Shown here one piece after another: positions 1 to 11,500 of a stretch of 64,000 nt of DNA. The stretch is from a virus. A program made the position numbers and the translations under genes. Under the pieces are notes generated by a model, which saw nothing but the letters and a program-made list of their open reading frames with translations, had not been told where the DNA came from and did no database searches. The DNA lies in the IMG/VR virus record IMGVR_UViG_3300032163_000009, positions 13,736 through 77,735 of that record, one strand, 5' to 3'. Numbering within the stretch: the first letter of the stretch is position 1; the number at the start of each line of letters is the position of its first letter.

Positions 1-338
1 TCATAGAGATCGGCAATCTCTTTTCGCATTTGAAGCCATTGACCTTTCGGCCACACATATTCTTTGACGAGGCCGATTAGAAATTCGACCAAGTTGCGGT
101 CCTTGATCTCTACCTTGAAGCGGTGTTCCTTGTCTTTCCACGAATACGCGGTGATGTCACGCCCATCGGTGAGACGGGTTTCAGTTTGAGACCACCCGAC
201 CAAATCCCGATCCCGATCACTGAGTTCAATCAAATCCAGCAATCGACTGGCCTTGTGCATGATACGGGCGGACGGTGCAATGTCGCCAACAATCGTAGCC
301 AGGTTCACGCGCTGCCAAGTATTCAAAAGCAATTCCAT
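1..338 (-). CDS. Hypothetical protein, 3' end outside window (MELLLNTWQRVNLATIVG...)
   Basis: Read by hand: ATG at 338, GAGGG RBS, open to window edge, downstream of promoter at 379-407. Confidence 0.75.
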   Translation of the reverse strand, partial: MELLLNTWQRVNLATIVGDIAPSARIMHKASRLLDLIELSDRDRDLVGWSQTETRLTDGRDITAYSWKDKEHRFKVEIKDRNLVEFLIGLVKEYVWPKGQWLQMRKEIADLY

Positions 339-378
339 TATTTTCCCTCACTGAAATTTAGGATAGACTGCCGCTTAG

Positions 379-407
379 ATTCTATGCCTAATTCTGTGCG
401 GTGTCAA
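379..407 (-). promoter_or_regulatory. Sigma70-type promoter TTGACA-N17-TAGAAT
   Basis: Near-consensus boxes in the intergenic gap after the fibre gene. Confidence 0.75.
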
Positions 408-415
408 TCGGCTGG

Positions 416-3400
416 TTACGAACCCAAATTCCACACCCTCACCGTGCAATGCCAGGTCACGTTGTTGTTAAGCGCCCCAGTAATTCTTACCCGCGCCGTC
501 GCCCCCGTCACATCGATCGTAGCATCCCAACCCGCCTGACTTTCTCCGAGAACGGTGGTTGTTGCCGAACCAACAATTGCCGTAGTCGGCGTACTGTTGC
601 ACTTGATAACGGCATAGACCACATATCCGGCGCTGTCATTGGGTGCGCCACTACTGCCGCCAGTTCTGCGCGCGGTTATCACTGCTTCAATTACACACGT
701 CGTTGATGCGGCCACAGTGACAGTATGAAGCGTTGTTACAGTGGCATCGGTGGTCGCCGCCCGATTCTGGTAGATGTTCTCAGTTGGATCATCATTGGTT
801 GCCGTTGAAATATAAGTTTGAACAGCATTCCCCAGTGTGTCTTGCTGCACCTTGATCTCGCCGGTGCCTGCGCCAGTGGCTGAGCCGATATTAAGGCCAC
901 CCGTAATAATGCTGCTGCCTCGGACATCGAGCATTGCCGCTGGTGTGTCGAGTGCACCAATAACCAACCCGTCAAAAGTGCCTGCACTGGAATACAATTG
1001 TGCGCGGCTAGTGCTTGACCCGTTGCTGGTAAGATTAAAAAATGCTTGCACCGTTCCAGTTATATTCGTGGTTTCAATAACAACGGTGGCAGATTCGGTA
1101 GCGGTCTTACTTAGTGCTTCAATAACTATCTGCGCATTTGTTCCGGCATACGTTGTCAGTACACGACTTATATTCACTCCCCCATTGAACCAATGGACAC
1201 CGTGAGTTGTTCCAGTTGCCGATGTAGCCGCGATTGATATTCCGGTAGAGTTCAGCGTAACATCTCCGCCACCTGCCGAGATTGAACCATCCGTATCCAC
1301 ATACGCCTGCACCGTCGTATTCCCTCGAAACTCCAACCGGTTATTCGACGTATTCCAATAAGCATTTCCTTTCGATGCACCCACCACGCCCAGCGTCACA
1401 TTGCCGCTTGTATCGACCGAAAAGTAAGTAGCGTCCACCGCGCCAGCCGATCGCGCAATAATGCTGATTGCACCGGCTGACACCTCCACGCGGCTTTGCG
1501 AATTTGCCACTTGCCCGACGATCACTTTGCCGCTCGTGTCCAGTTGCATATTGACCGTCGTATTGGTGCGGAACTGCGCCGCGCCGGCCGTGATCAAAAT
1601 GTTGGACAACGACGCCCCCACCGCGCCGATGGTGATCACGCCCGCCGTGCTCATACTCATCTGCGTCGTATCCACCCCGCCGCCGCTGCGTGAAATGAAA
1701 TTGACTGCGCCGGCTGTAATCTCAACCCGACTCAGTGAATTGGCGACTGTGCCCACCACAATGTTGCCGCTGGTGTCCAATGACAAATTAACGGTGGTGT
1801 TCGTGCGCAACTGCACCGCGCCCGCCGTGATGTATACATTGCTCAGTGATGCGCCGACTGCACCGACAGTGATGTTCCCGCTGCCGTCCCACTGGCCGAT
1901 CGTGGTGACGTTGTTAATAATCCGCAGCCCGTTCGTCGTGTCGAGCGTGATCGACGTTTGACCCGCTACTCCATACGAACCAAACCCTACGCCATAAGTA
2001 TTTACGACATAGCCATAAGCCCCGTTTAAGTTACCGAGCCGCGTCAGCAAGGTCGTCGTGCTCCACGGTGAACCGGCATGCGTGCCCATCGAGATATTCG
2101 GCGCAGAGCCAATCGTTCCATCGCTGCTCAACGAAATCCAAGATGAGCCACTTGCGCCGTAATCCACCACTGCCGCACCTGCGGGAAAAGTCGCTGAACT
2201 GCCATTCATCAACGAGACATTGTAGGTGTAATACGTCACGCCGTTGCTGGTATTGATCGCATTGTCCACGCGCAACCAATTGTCTACCACGGCTGAACCG
2301 GTGAACGCCTTGAGGCGCAGAATATCACCGGCTGCGAATAAAGGCAGATGACCAGTTGGTGAATCTTTCACTTGAATCTGAGCGCCCGAACCATCTTGTA
2401 ATGAACCAAGCCAGCGATGCTCGTTGTTCGTTCCACGCGGCCAGATCGTCAGGTTGTCAAATGTGTTGCTGGTATTAGTGCTATACAGGCCATGCAATGT
2501 GTAAGTCGAAGCAGGCACAGTGACAACGCCGAGCGCGACCTTAACATTATTGTAATAAAGTAACCCATTGGTGCCGTCGATAATCAACCGCAGCACCGCT
2601 CCCGCACTGTAAGTGGCCGCCGCACTGATCAAATTGGTTGTGACGCCCGCGACCACCTTATCCAACTTCGCGTTCGTGCCATCATGATAGGCGATTAGAT
2701 AGTTGCTTGTATCCTGCCAACGTGCCACGATCCCAGCCACGCCACCAGCACGAGTAACCGCCACATCAATAATCGCGTCAGCGCACAGTGAATTAACGGT
2801 CGCAAAGCCATTGCCGCCACTCAACGTTGGACAATAAGCTGCATTCGTTGAAATTCCCCATGTGCCAACTTGTGCCGTATAGGCCAGTGCACTGATTATC
2901 TGCGAGTCCGGCCCGCTCGTTTCGGTGCTCGTCAGAGTGACCGCGCTATTCGCGCGCGCGAACGTATCGTAGGCGCACGGCGCTGGAATATACAACTGAG
3001 TCGGGATTCGGAAATCATCAAAGGTCGCCACGCCGGTGTTGCCTTCATCCTGAATGGTTGGATACAAATTCGCAGTGCCCGCCGACGACACCCAAACCAA
3101 TGACCAATTCGTGTAAATGCCACCTTTGATGAAATACCATGCACCTGTTGATCGCAACACGACTGCCATTTGATAATCTGTGCCCGAAGACAGATTTGCA
3201 CCCACCGCCTTTCCCGACGAATTGTCGCGTATGCTTAGTCCACCGCCACCACCAGAATTTTGATAAATAGTCGCAATAGGTGAAGTCGATGCAGTTTGAT
3301 CACTATCCCAACCCATTGAGAGTGATCCGGCTGTCGTGAAATTATAGGTTCCTAATATGGCCAAACCCGCTTGTCGCGTCCGCTGCGCATACCACAAACC

Positions 3401-5593
3401 GGTCACCGCTGAACCCGCTGCGATCGTGATCTTATTTGAAGCGATCGACAATCGGCTATTGGTGTCCACGACTACGCGCGTGCCGCCGCCCGGTTCTGCC
3501 GCAGTGCCGTTGACCGCACCCGCTGCCAAGTTAGTGGTGAATGAATCGCTGATGGTGTAAGCCGTGGCCGTGGTAACCGCTGCATACAAATTTCCTGCGG
3601 ATAAAATCATAGCCGTGCCGCCAACCGCATGAATTTCACCGACCGTAAATACCGATGTGCGCATTTCGCCGCGCGCCGAAATGTTATTGAATTCCGCATT
3701 GCCAGTGTCGTTGATTGCCCAGCCGGTCAACCCTGATGTGAATGACGCGGATTGCACCGCATCACCAGCGCCAAAGGCCAACACATTCGCAGCCTTGCGA
3801 TTGATGGCCGCATCCGTGCCAAACACCACATTCGCCGTCGCCCCCAGATTAACCGTCGCGCCGGCCGCGCCCATATTGATCGTCGTACTTGCACCGGCGA
3901 AATTCAAAGTGGTGACCGTGGTGTTTAAGAGTGCGACCGTGGTTTGTGTGGACGTAATCGCAGACGCACCTAATGCGAGCGTGGCATTATTGATCGTGGT
4001 TGTGCCCGTCGCCGCTCCCATGTTCAACGCCGTAGCCGCACCAGCGAAATTAACAGTCGTAGCCGTGGTATTCACCAAGGCGAAAGTCGTCGTGTTTGCC
4101 AGTAGGTTCACCAACGTCAGTTGTCCGCTTGCATCCGAAGCCAACAGCGAAGCCGCCGCGCCGGGATTACTGGACGAAGTAATTGCGTGGCTGTGCGTTG
4201 TGCCGCTCACGCTATTGGTCGTTGAAACGGTCAAGGTGGTCGGCGTGCCGACCGCGATCACCTTGCTGGTAATCGTCAACCCCGCACCCGCCACCGCATC
4301 GGCTAACATCAGACCCGTTGAAATCTGCAAGCCCGATGTCGCGGCAAGTCGAACTTGAATGCTGTCTGCATTGATCGTCATTGATGTATCAGCCGTCGCC
4401 ACATCGATCGTCCGGTTAGCCGATAGATCACCGCCGCCCGTTAAGCCTGCCCCCGCCGTAATCGTAATCGCAGCGCGTGCAATCGTTGAATCGATCGCGT
4501 GGGTGTGATTAACCACCGTGAAATCATTGGTTGATGAAGCCGTGAGCGACCCCGCGCCTAATGAAATTGTGCCGGTAAGATCGGGCAAGGTGATGGTCTT
4601 GCCGCTGCTCGTCGGTGTCCACGTCAGTGTGCCGGTCACGCCGCCCGATTGCAGAATAATTTGATTTGTAGTCGAGGCTAATTTCAAATGTTGCAGCGTC
4701 AGATCACCGGAAGAATCCGAAGCCAACAATGAAGCCGCTGCGCCCGGCGCGCTGGATGAAGTAATCGCGTGACTATGAGTCGTGCCGCTGACGCTGTTGG
4801 TCGTGGCGACTGTTAAAGTGGTCGGCGTGCCGATAGCGATCACTTTACTCGTGATGGTCAGCCCGACACCGGCCACCGTATCAGCCAACATCAAACCCGA
4901 TGAAATCTGCAAACCGGAGGTCGAGGCCAATCTGACTTGCATCGAATCCGCGTTGATCGTGAGTGAAGTATCAGCGGTGACCACATCTAATACACCCGCC
5001 GTGTGAGTGAGTCCGGCACCGGCGAGAGTTGAAATCGATCGCCACGTCGCTGTCCACGGCGTAGTGCTTGAGCCGATGTACCCGTAGTCTGCTGCGCCGG
5101 AAGTGATACCGATCGAATCCGCTGCGACCGTGATCAGTGTGCCTGCCCCCACATCGATCGTTCGGTTCGCCGACAGATCTCCGCCTCCGGTTAAACCTGC
5201 ACCGGACGTAATAGTGATCGCACTCCGCGCGAGCGTGCTGTCGATCGCGTGCGTGTGCGTGGAAGTTGTAACTGAATTGGTGGAGATCGAAGTGATCGAG
5301 GAGGGCGTGCCTAGTTGCAAGCCGCTGGAGATCGTCATACCGCTATTCGTGTTCAGGTTCACACCAACGCCCGACCCATCGCTCGTGATCGAGGAGTCAC
5401 GCGTCGTCACCCGCACGGCTTGATAGGCGACGCGAGTGCCGCTGCCATCGGCGGAAGCATATTGAAGATGATCGTCGGCATTGAGATCGGTCAGCAGACT
5501 ATGATCGTTGGTGCCGCCGCCCTGGCTGCCGCCGCTGACCGACATCATCTTCAGCCCTTCGTAATTATCTTCGCCTCTGCCTAGTCTGCTCAT
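416..5593 (-). CDS. Large tail fibre / receptor-binding protein with internal repeats
   Basis: 1725 aa, T/G/A/S-rich; repeated GAGLTGGGDLSANRTIDV and HxH motifs; last of the tail genes. Confidence 0.85.
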   Translation of the reverse strand: MSRLGRGEDNYEGLKMMSVSGGSQGGGTNDHSLLTDLNADDHLQYASADGSGTRVAYQAVRVTTRDSSITSDGSGVGVNLNTNSGMTISSGLQLGTPSSITSISTNSVTTSTHTHAIDSTLARSAITITSGAGLTGGGDLSANRTIDVGAGTLITVAADSIGITSGAADYGYIGSSTTPWTATWRSISTLAGAGLTHTAGVLDVVTADTSLTINADSMQVRLASTSGLQISSGLMLADTVAGVGLTITSKVIAIGTPTTLTVATTNSVSGTTHSHAITSSSAPGAAASLLASDSSGDLTLQHLKLASTTNQIILQSGGVTGTLTWTPTSSGKTITLPDLTGTISLGAGSLTASSTNDFTVVNHTHAIDSTIARAAITITAGAGLTGGGDLSANRTIDVATADTSMTINADSIQVRLAATSGLQISTGLMLADAVAGAGLTITSKVIAVGTPTTLTVSTTNSVSGTTHSHAITSSSNPGAAASLLASDASGQLTLVNLLANTTTFALVNTTATTVNFAGAATALNMGAATGTTTINNATLALGASAITSTQTTVALLNTTVTTLNFAGASTTINMGAAGATVNLGATANVVFGTDAAINRKAANVLAFGAGDAVQSASFTSGLTGWAINDTGNAEFNNISARGEMRTSVFTVGEIHAVGGTAMILSAGNLYAAVTTATAYTISDSFTTNLAAGAVNGTAAEPGGGTRVVVDTNSRLSIASNKITIAAGSAVTGLWYAQRTRQAGLAILGTYNFTTAGSLSMGWDSDQTASTSPIATIYQNSGGGGGLSIRDNSSGKAVGANLSSGTDYQMAVVLRSTGAWYFIKGGIYTNWSLVWVSSAGTANLYPTIQDEGNTGVATFDDFRIPTQLYIPAPCAYDTFARANSAVTLTSTETSGPDSQIISALAYTAQVGTWGISTNAAYCPTLSGGNGFATVNSLCADAIIDVAVTRAGGVAGIVARWQDTSNYLIAYHDGTNAKLDKVVAGVTTNLISAAATYSAGAVLRLIIDGTNGLLYYNNVKVALGVVTVPASTYTLHGLYSTNTSNTFDNLTIWPRGTNNEHRWLGSLQDGSGAQIQVKDSPTGHLPLFAAGDILRLKAFTGSAVVDNWLRVDNAINTSNGVTYYTYNVSLMNGSSATFPAGAAVVDYGASGSSWISLSSDGTIGSAPNISMGTHAGSPWSTTTLLTRLGNLNGAYGYVVNTYGVGFGSYGVAGQTSITLDTTNGLRIINNVTTIGQWDGSGNITVGAVGASLSNVYITAGAVQLRTNTTVNLSLDTSGNIVVGTVANSLSRVEITAGAVNFISRSGGGVDTTQMSMSTAGVITIGAVGASLSNILITAGAAQFRTNTTVNMQLDTSGKVIVGQVANSQSRVEVSAGAISIIARSAGAVDATYFSVDTSGNVTLGVVGASKGNAYWNTSNNRLEFRGNTTVQAYVDTDGSISAGGGDVTLNSTGISIAATSATGTTHGVHWFNGGVNISRVLTTYAGTNAQIVIEALSKTATESATVVIETTNITGTVQAFFNLTSNGSSTSRAQLYSSAGTFDGLVIGALDTPAAMLDVRGSSIITGGLNIGSATGAGTGEIKVQQDTLGNAVQTYISTATNDDPTENIYQNRAATTDATVTTLHTVTVAASTTCVIEAVITARRTGGSSGAPNDSAGYVVYAVIKCNSTPTTAIVGSATTTVLGESQAGWDATIDVTGATARVRITGALNNNVTWHCTVRVWNLGS

Positions 5594-7113
5594 GTGATCG
5601 TGTGCCTCATCACCAGCGTACCCATCGGGAATTCCGGCGTCGCTGGCCCCATCTCAACCTCTGCCACAAATTGAATTCGCGGATCGTCTTCATCATGCCC
5701 GCTGATCTGCGTCGGCCCCACCGGCGCATCATCCAGTTGCAAGTTGTAGCCCGGCACCACGAAATACGGTTCTAGTTCGCCGCCGCTGGCATCATAATAG
5801 CGGCCCTGCCGATAATGGTAAGCGATAGTCCCCGGCGCAGGCTGATAGTCGAATAGCCGGCCGCCGTACACGCCCCCGATCCATTTTTGACCCGTATCAT
5901 CGCCCGCATCGATGATGTCATTGATCGCTTGCCACGCTCGAATCGGCGCGCGATCGTCCACCAGAAAATCGGTTGAATTGGTTTCGATTTTGCCCGCTGT
6001 CACAAATTCAGATTGAGCGATCAGCGTGCTGATATGGGCGCTCATGGTCGCTGTGCTGCCGGCTGCCAGACAATATTTGTTCGCCAGCGTCTGTGAATAA
6101 CCGTGCCACAAAATCGACAGATGATCGGGCTGACCCTGCGCCAGGCTCATATCGAAAGTAGACAAATCATTGGGCGAGTGCGTGCGCGGCCATGCCGATT
6201 GCACCAGCAGTGTTTTGGCGCGAGCAATCGCTGCCGCCGCCGTGCTGCCCACCATCAGCGCGGCCAATTCAATTCGACCGAATTCACTCATCGAGCCGCT
6301 GTCGGTATACCAGCCCGTTTGCACACCGGGCAGCGGTTCATGGCGAGCCGTGAAGCCGTCACCATACACGCTGCCCGCCACGCTATCGGACAGTAATTTG
6401 ATGTTGACCGTTCCACTGTAGGTGTTGCCAATGGGGATGCTGAATCTGATCCTATATTCACCGACCACTAAATAAGTCCCTTCCGAAGCCAGTGATGCGC
6501 CTGTATCCGATCGCTGCGCGCTCACCCGCCAAGCGCCGCTGACAATGTTCAGTTTGCCTTCGATGTTGTAAGTGCGTCCAGCCACCACCGTGATTGCGCC
6601 AATCAACGCGCCGCGCACCGTCGTATCCGCCACCACCACCTTGCCCGAATAAGTCCCTTCATTCACCCAATCCGTTGCTTGCGTGACGGTTGCCCCGTTG
6701 ATCACCGTCCACGCCCCGGACTCGGCCCCGCCGTTCGTCAGCAGGTTGTCGAACAGCCGTGTGTAAATGGTTTTCGTCGCATTGTACACATTGATGATCG
6801 AGCGCGTGTACGTCACCCCGTCCAGTGTAAGATCGATCGAGGCTGCCAAGCCTTGCCACGTGATCAAGCCGCCGACTGTTTCTTTAATTTCACGCGCCAG
6901 CCCCTCCAAAAACATTTCCATCATTTCATCGCGAGTCCATCCGTGGCGCGGATCAGCCAGCAGGCTCTGGTCGTCGGACGTGCCCAGCCAGTAGCCGCCT
7001 TTGGCCCGAATCGAGCGCCGCCATGTCGGGCGCAGCGTCTCAGTCACGTCCCACAGCGGAGCGCCGCCACGCTTGATGGAATTGTGCAGAGTCAGCGCGT
7101 AATCTTGACTCAT
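5590..7113 (-). CDS. Minor tail protein with carbohydrate-binding-module-like insert
   Basis: Position after Dit-like gene; NLLTNGGAESG is a typical CBM-like start; start moved to MSQDY. Confidence 0.7.
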   Translation of the reverse strand: MSQDYALTLHNSIKRGGAPLWDVTETLRPTWRRSIRAKGGYWLGTSDDQSLLADPRHGWTRDEMMEMFLEGLAREIKETVGGLITWQGLAASIDLTLDGVTYTRSIINVYNATKTIYTRLFDNLLTNGGAESGAWTVINGATVTQATDWVNEGTYSGKVVVADTTVRGALIGAITVVAGRTYNIEGKLNIVSGAWRVSAQRSDTGASLASEGTYLVVGEYRIRFSIPIGNTYSGTVNIKLLSDSVAGSVYGDGFTARHEPLPGVQTGWYTDSGSMSEFGRIELAALMVGSTAAAAIARAKTLLVQSAWPRTHSPNDLSTFDMSLAQGQPDHLSILWHGYSQTLANKYCLAAGSTATMSAHISTLIAQSEFVTAGKIETNSTDFLVDDRAPIRAWQAINDIIDAGDDTGQKWIGGVYGGRLFDYQPAPGTIAYHYRQGRYYDASGGELEPYFVVPGYNLQLDDAPVGPTQISGHDEDDPRIQFVAEVEMGPATPEFPMGTLVMRHTIT

Positions 7114-7114
7114 A

Positions 7115-8521
7115 TTAAGTTTCGTTGCCGCGCAGTGTGCGCCAGCGCGGTATATAGGTGTAAGACATGTTGACCAGCTTACCCTTGACACTGCCGGCCG
7201 TCACGTCCTGCGCGGCCACCACCAAGACGGGGCTATCATCGTATGCCGGCAGCGCCCATTTGCCTGTCGGTTTGACGATTACAGAGTACAGAACGTTGCC
7301 ACCTTCTTCAAATAAGGCGCCGAGGTCGTCCGTCACACGCTGAAAGACGTTAATTGATTTGCCGGTGGTCGTGACCCCGATCGGGGCGGATAACTTAACC
7401 ATACCGTCGTCAACTGGAATGAGAATAAAACAGTCAACGTCGAGATAGCCAGCTCCGCTTAGCCGCTCGGCATCCAGCTGAATGGCGAAGTTTGTTAAAG
7501 TGTGCGTGGCATAGATGCGAGTCGGCGGAATAGACACATTCCCCACTTCGTACAGCCGCCAAGCAGTGCCGCTGACCACCTGCCGGGATCGAATGACGGG
7601 ATTATAGAGAGTAATGCCCGGCGCGAAACCTGCTTCAATCCGGACCCGCGCCACACTAGCATCGCTCATTTTAGCGCGAAGCAAGACGGTGTAGCTTCCG
7701 CGCTGGTCTGCGTCGACCCCGGTTGAACCCCCTAACTGATTGATGCAGCGCGCCAGAAAAGTCGCTCCCGAAGCGAAAGTGCATTGCAGCTTATTGGTTC
7801 CGTAGGCTGTTCCGTCTGCCACTTGGGCCGTATCTGCGATAAGCGGCAAACCAGAATCGCCAATCGACCACACCGGCTGAAAATTAGCGGCCACTCCAAA
7901 TCGATTGGTTTTCCAGCCCAGCCAATAATCAGACATCGGACTTACGGCATCCGGTGGCGTTAATGAAACCTTAGCAAGTCGGGCCGGCACATCGCCCCTA
8001 ATCGTTTCACTCAACGTCGCCAGGCCGCCGATTGAATTGATATTCGTCTTGGCCGTCGTCGTCGGATAGGCATACGGGTCTTCCCACCACGGCGTTCGCT
8101 CGATCGCAACTTGATAATCTTCAACGTCACTATCCAATTGCGCTTCAAGCGCCTGCACGGCGATCGCTGTACCGCGAATCGATTTGACCATCGCCTGCCG
8201 TTCCAGCGTCTCGTTGTTCATCTTCACCCGCAGCCAGACTTGATAGCGCTCCACGCCCGGATTCTTCAGCCAATCATTCACCTGCCTGATCTTGGTGTCT
8301 AATGCTTGCACCTGCGTAGCCAGGTTGTCGCTCGACGAACCTTTGATTCTGAATGTGAACACTTCCTGCACGCTGGTGTCGCTATCGCTCGCGATCGCCT
8401 GCACCCAGCCGTCGCGCTTCAACACGAAGCCCGTGGCCGCGCCCAGCCCGCCCATCAGATCGAGCGAATCGATATCAGCGGCCATATCGTCCAGCCACAC
8501 CAGTTTGATCGTTGCCGTCAT
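7115..8521 (-). CDS. Distal tail (Dit-like) minor tail protein
   Basis: Directly follows tape measure; 468 aa, beta-rich. Confidence 0.6.
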   Translation of the reverse strand: MTATIKLVWLDDMAADIDSLDLMGGLGAATGFVLKRDGWVQAIASDSDTSVQEVFTFRIKGSSSDNLATQVQALDTKIRQVNDWLKNPGVERYQVWLRVKMNNETLERQAMVKSIRGTAIAVQALEAQLDSDVEDYQVAIERTPWWEDPYAYPTTTAKTNINSIGGLATLSETIRGDVPARLAKVSLTPPDAVSPMSDYWLGWKTNRFGVAANFQPVWSIGDSGLPLIADTAQVADGTAYGTNKLQCTFASGATFLARCINQLGGSTGVDADQRGSYTVLLRAKMSDASVARVRIEAGFAPGITLYNPVIRSRQVVSGTAWRLYEVGNVSIPPTRIYATHTLTNFAIQLDAERLSGAGYLDVDCFILIPVDDGMVKLSAPIGVTTTGKSINVFQRVTDDLGALFEEGGNVLYSVIVKPTGKWALPAYDDSPVLVVAAQDVTAGSVKGKLVNMSYTYIPRWRTLRGNET

Positions 8522-8522
8522 A

Positions 8523-11500
8523 TCAGCCGCCCATCCGCGCGTTCGAATAATCGATCAAGCGCCGCCGCTTCTGCTCATATACCTGCGCCAGCGCCAACCG
8601 ATCGTTGATCACGATCGTGTCACCACCAAAACTATTCTGTGTCGAAGATGATTGACCGCCGCCCAATGCCAATTTCTCCATCGCTTGAATCAAGCGCATC
8701 GAATCGGAATTGGTCATCACGAAGCCGCGCTGCGATGGGAAAATCAACTCCGGCCCGCCTTCACCGACCAGCGACGGCCTGTACGCCTCCGCCACCCCGC
8801 CGAATTGATGCGGCGTCGCAGTGGGATCAACGCCTCCGTTCGGCGTCGGATCAACATGCACCGCATAATGAATCGTCCGCTCGATGTTCGGCAACTCCGA
8901 TAATTTGGTGGTCAATAGAACCACTTTGCCCATTGTCGTTGTTGCGTGGCTGTCGATGCTGATGAGTCCGGCCACTGGCCCGCCGCCGCCTTTGCCGCCA
9001 CGTCCGCCGCGTTCACCGGATGAATCGGTCTCGCCTGTTTCTTGAATTTTCAAACCGAGATTGCCCATCAGTCCGGTGGTGTTGTCAATGTGCGTTTGAA
9101 CGCGCCCCAACGCCTCGCCGATGGCCGTTGCCAAGACCGGCGCAGTGGCTTGCCCGGTATGGTTCATCGACGCATCGACGTCTTGCATCCCCGCGTTCAC
9201 GTGCGGCAGGGTAACGGTTGCGACTGTTGATAAGGCGCCGTCAGCGCCCAACGTCGCGTCTCGAATGCCCCACAGGGCCAACTGGAAATCTTTGCCGGAT
9301 GAATTTGGATCAGCTAACACTTTTTGAAACTCGGCCGTATGGATCGCAGCGGTCAACTGACTTTGATCAAACAGGCCAAAAGTGTAATTGATATTGCTCA
9401 TGCGGCTTTCAAAGTCGGCCGCAGAAATCGCGCCATCTGCGAATTGCTTTTGCACGATGTCATAGGCTTTACTGCCGGCCGCCTGCACGTCGGCCGCCTT
9501 CATGGCTTCGATGGTGTCTAAAATTGCCTGGCGTTGTTCCAGTTGCTTGACCGTCGCTCCGCCTAAAGCTGCGGCGTGCGAACCCAAAGCGGCGGTGAGG
9601 GAGGCTACTTTGTTTCTGGCGTCCGCCACCTTCACGGCGTAATCAGCATCCGTGTCGCCTTTCTTCCGTTCGGTCGTCGTTAAATCTTCAAGCGCTTGCG
9701 CCAACTTCGCCTCAGCTAAGGCGCGACCTTCAGTCGTGAACTTTTTATTTTGCGCAATGCCGATTTGAGCCGAGCCAGCGGCCGCGATCGTTGCTTCTAT
9801 GTCGGCCAACTTCTTTTGCTCGGTCGCCATCTTGGAAGCTTGATCGGTATAAGCAATGGCAATATCGTAAGCCGTGGCAAAGATTGCGCCCTGGGCTTGC
9901 TGCGCAGCGGCATTCGCTTTCAGCGCGACCGTCATACTGTCATACTCGTTGACCGTGCCTGCAATGGCCCGCGCTTGCTGCTGAGCAATTCGGTTTGTTT
10001 CGTCCAGTGCGCCACCTAAGCCATAAGCGCCCTGCATGGCTTCGTATTGCGCTCGCGTGTAGAGATCGGTTTGCTTGGAAGCGTCATTCAGGATAACGAT
10101 GTGATCGCCGATTTTTCGGTACACGACTGAATAACCGGCTGTGACTTTATCTAGCGAGCCGTCCAGTTCCAATTGTTTCTTGGTGGTGGCGTCGGTGATT
10201 TCGTTGAACTGCCCGGCGGCTACGCCTGTACTGACAATCCCGTTGGCATATTCGTCGTACGATTTTGAGGTCTTGAGGATTTGCTGCGCGTTGCCTTGAA
10301 AAGCCGAGGTCAGCCGATTGTTCCATGTAAATAGCAGATCCAGCGTGCCGAGTCCGGTGGTTAAGGTGTTGAAGAAATCGCCCAACACGGGCAGCAACCG
10401 ATCGCCCAAGGCAATCTTGACGGCATCGAAAGAGGCTTCGGTTTTCTTGAGCTTGAAGTTGAAAGTGTCGCTGACGGTTGTAAAAGCCTTATCAGTTGCA
10501 CCGGCAGCATGATTCATGGAGTCGAGCACCTGCGCGTAGGCTTCGCCTTGCGTTCCGGCTGTAGCGAGCACGCCGGTGAGGGCGCGGACATTTGGCACGA
10601 TGTCGCCGAGCGTTTCAATGTTGCCTTGCGTGCGCTCCATCAAATCTTTTAGGGTGGTGAGCAGCCCTTTGTCTCGAATAGAGTTGCGGACTTCATCCGT
10701 AGACAAGCCCAATGAATGTAAAGTCTCCGTGGCTTGCCTGCTTGGATTGAGCAGGCTATTTAACACACCGCGCAGCGCGGTGGCCGCCTCATCGGCCGAT
10801 AGACCGATGCGCGTCATGGTCGCCATGCTCGCGCCCACTTGCTCGAACGACACGCCTAAAGCCGACGCGATCGGCAGCACGCGACCGAGCGCACCAGCGA
10901 ACGCTTCCGGCTCGCCTTTGCCTTCCTTGACGATCTGGATCAAGATGTCGGTGTAATGACCAGCCCGCTCAACAGGTTCTTGGTAAGCGTTCATCGCCGA
11001 GGTCAAGGCATCTGCGACAATTTTAGTTTGGCCCAATCCGGCAGCGCTGGCCTTCGCTGCTGCATTGAGAATGGTCAAGCCTTTAGCACCGGCATAGCCC
11101 GATGAAGCAATAAAATATAAACCGTTGGCAAGTTCCTGCGGAGCCTTGCCGGTGCGCACACCCATTTCGACAACGGCCTCCGTCATGCCGCCGATTTCAG
11201 CCTTGGAGGTATCCGTCAAGGCTTCGATGCGGTTCATGGCCGATTCGAAATCGGCCGCAGCCTTGACCGATTCCAGCAAGCCAACGGCAAAAGCCATGGC
11301 CGCGACTTTCGCTAAGCCTAAGGCAACTTGCAACGCCTGCGCCCCGCGCTCCGAGGCAGCCAGTTCGGCTTGCACTTGTTTCAAGCCTGAGGTGTAGGCT
11401 TGCACATCGCCTGTCTTGGTATATTCGGCGTTGAGTCTGTTAAGTGAAGTAGCCGCTTGCAGCGCGGACGGTGAAACCAAACGTGCCTGCAATAAAGAGG

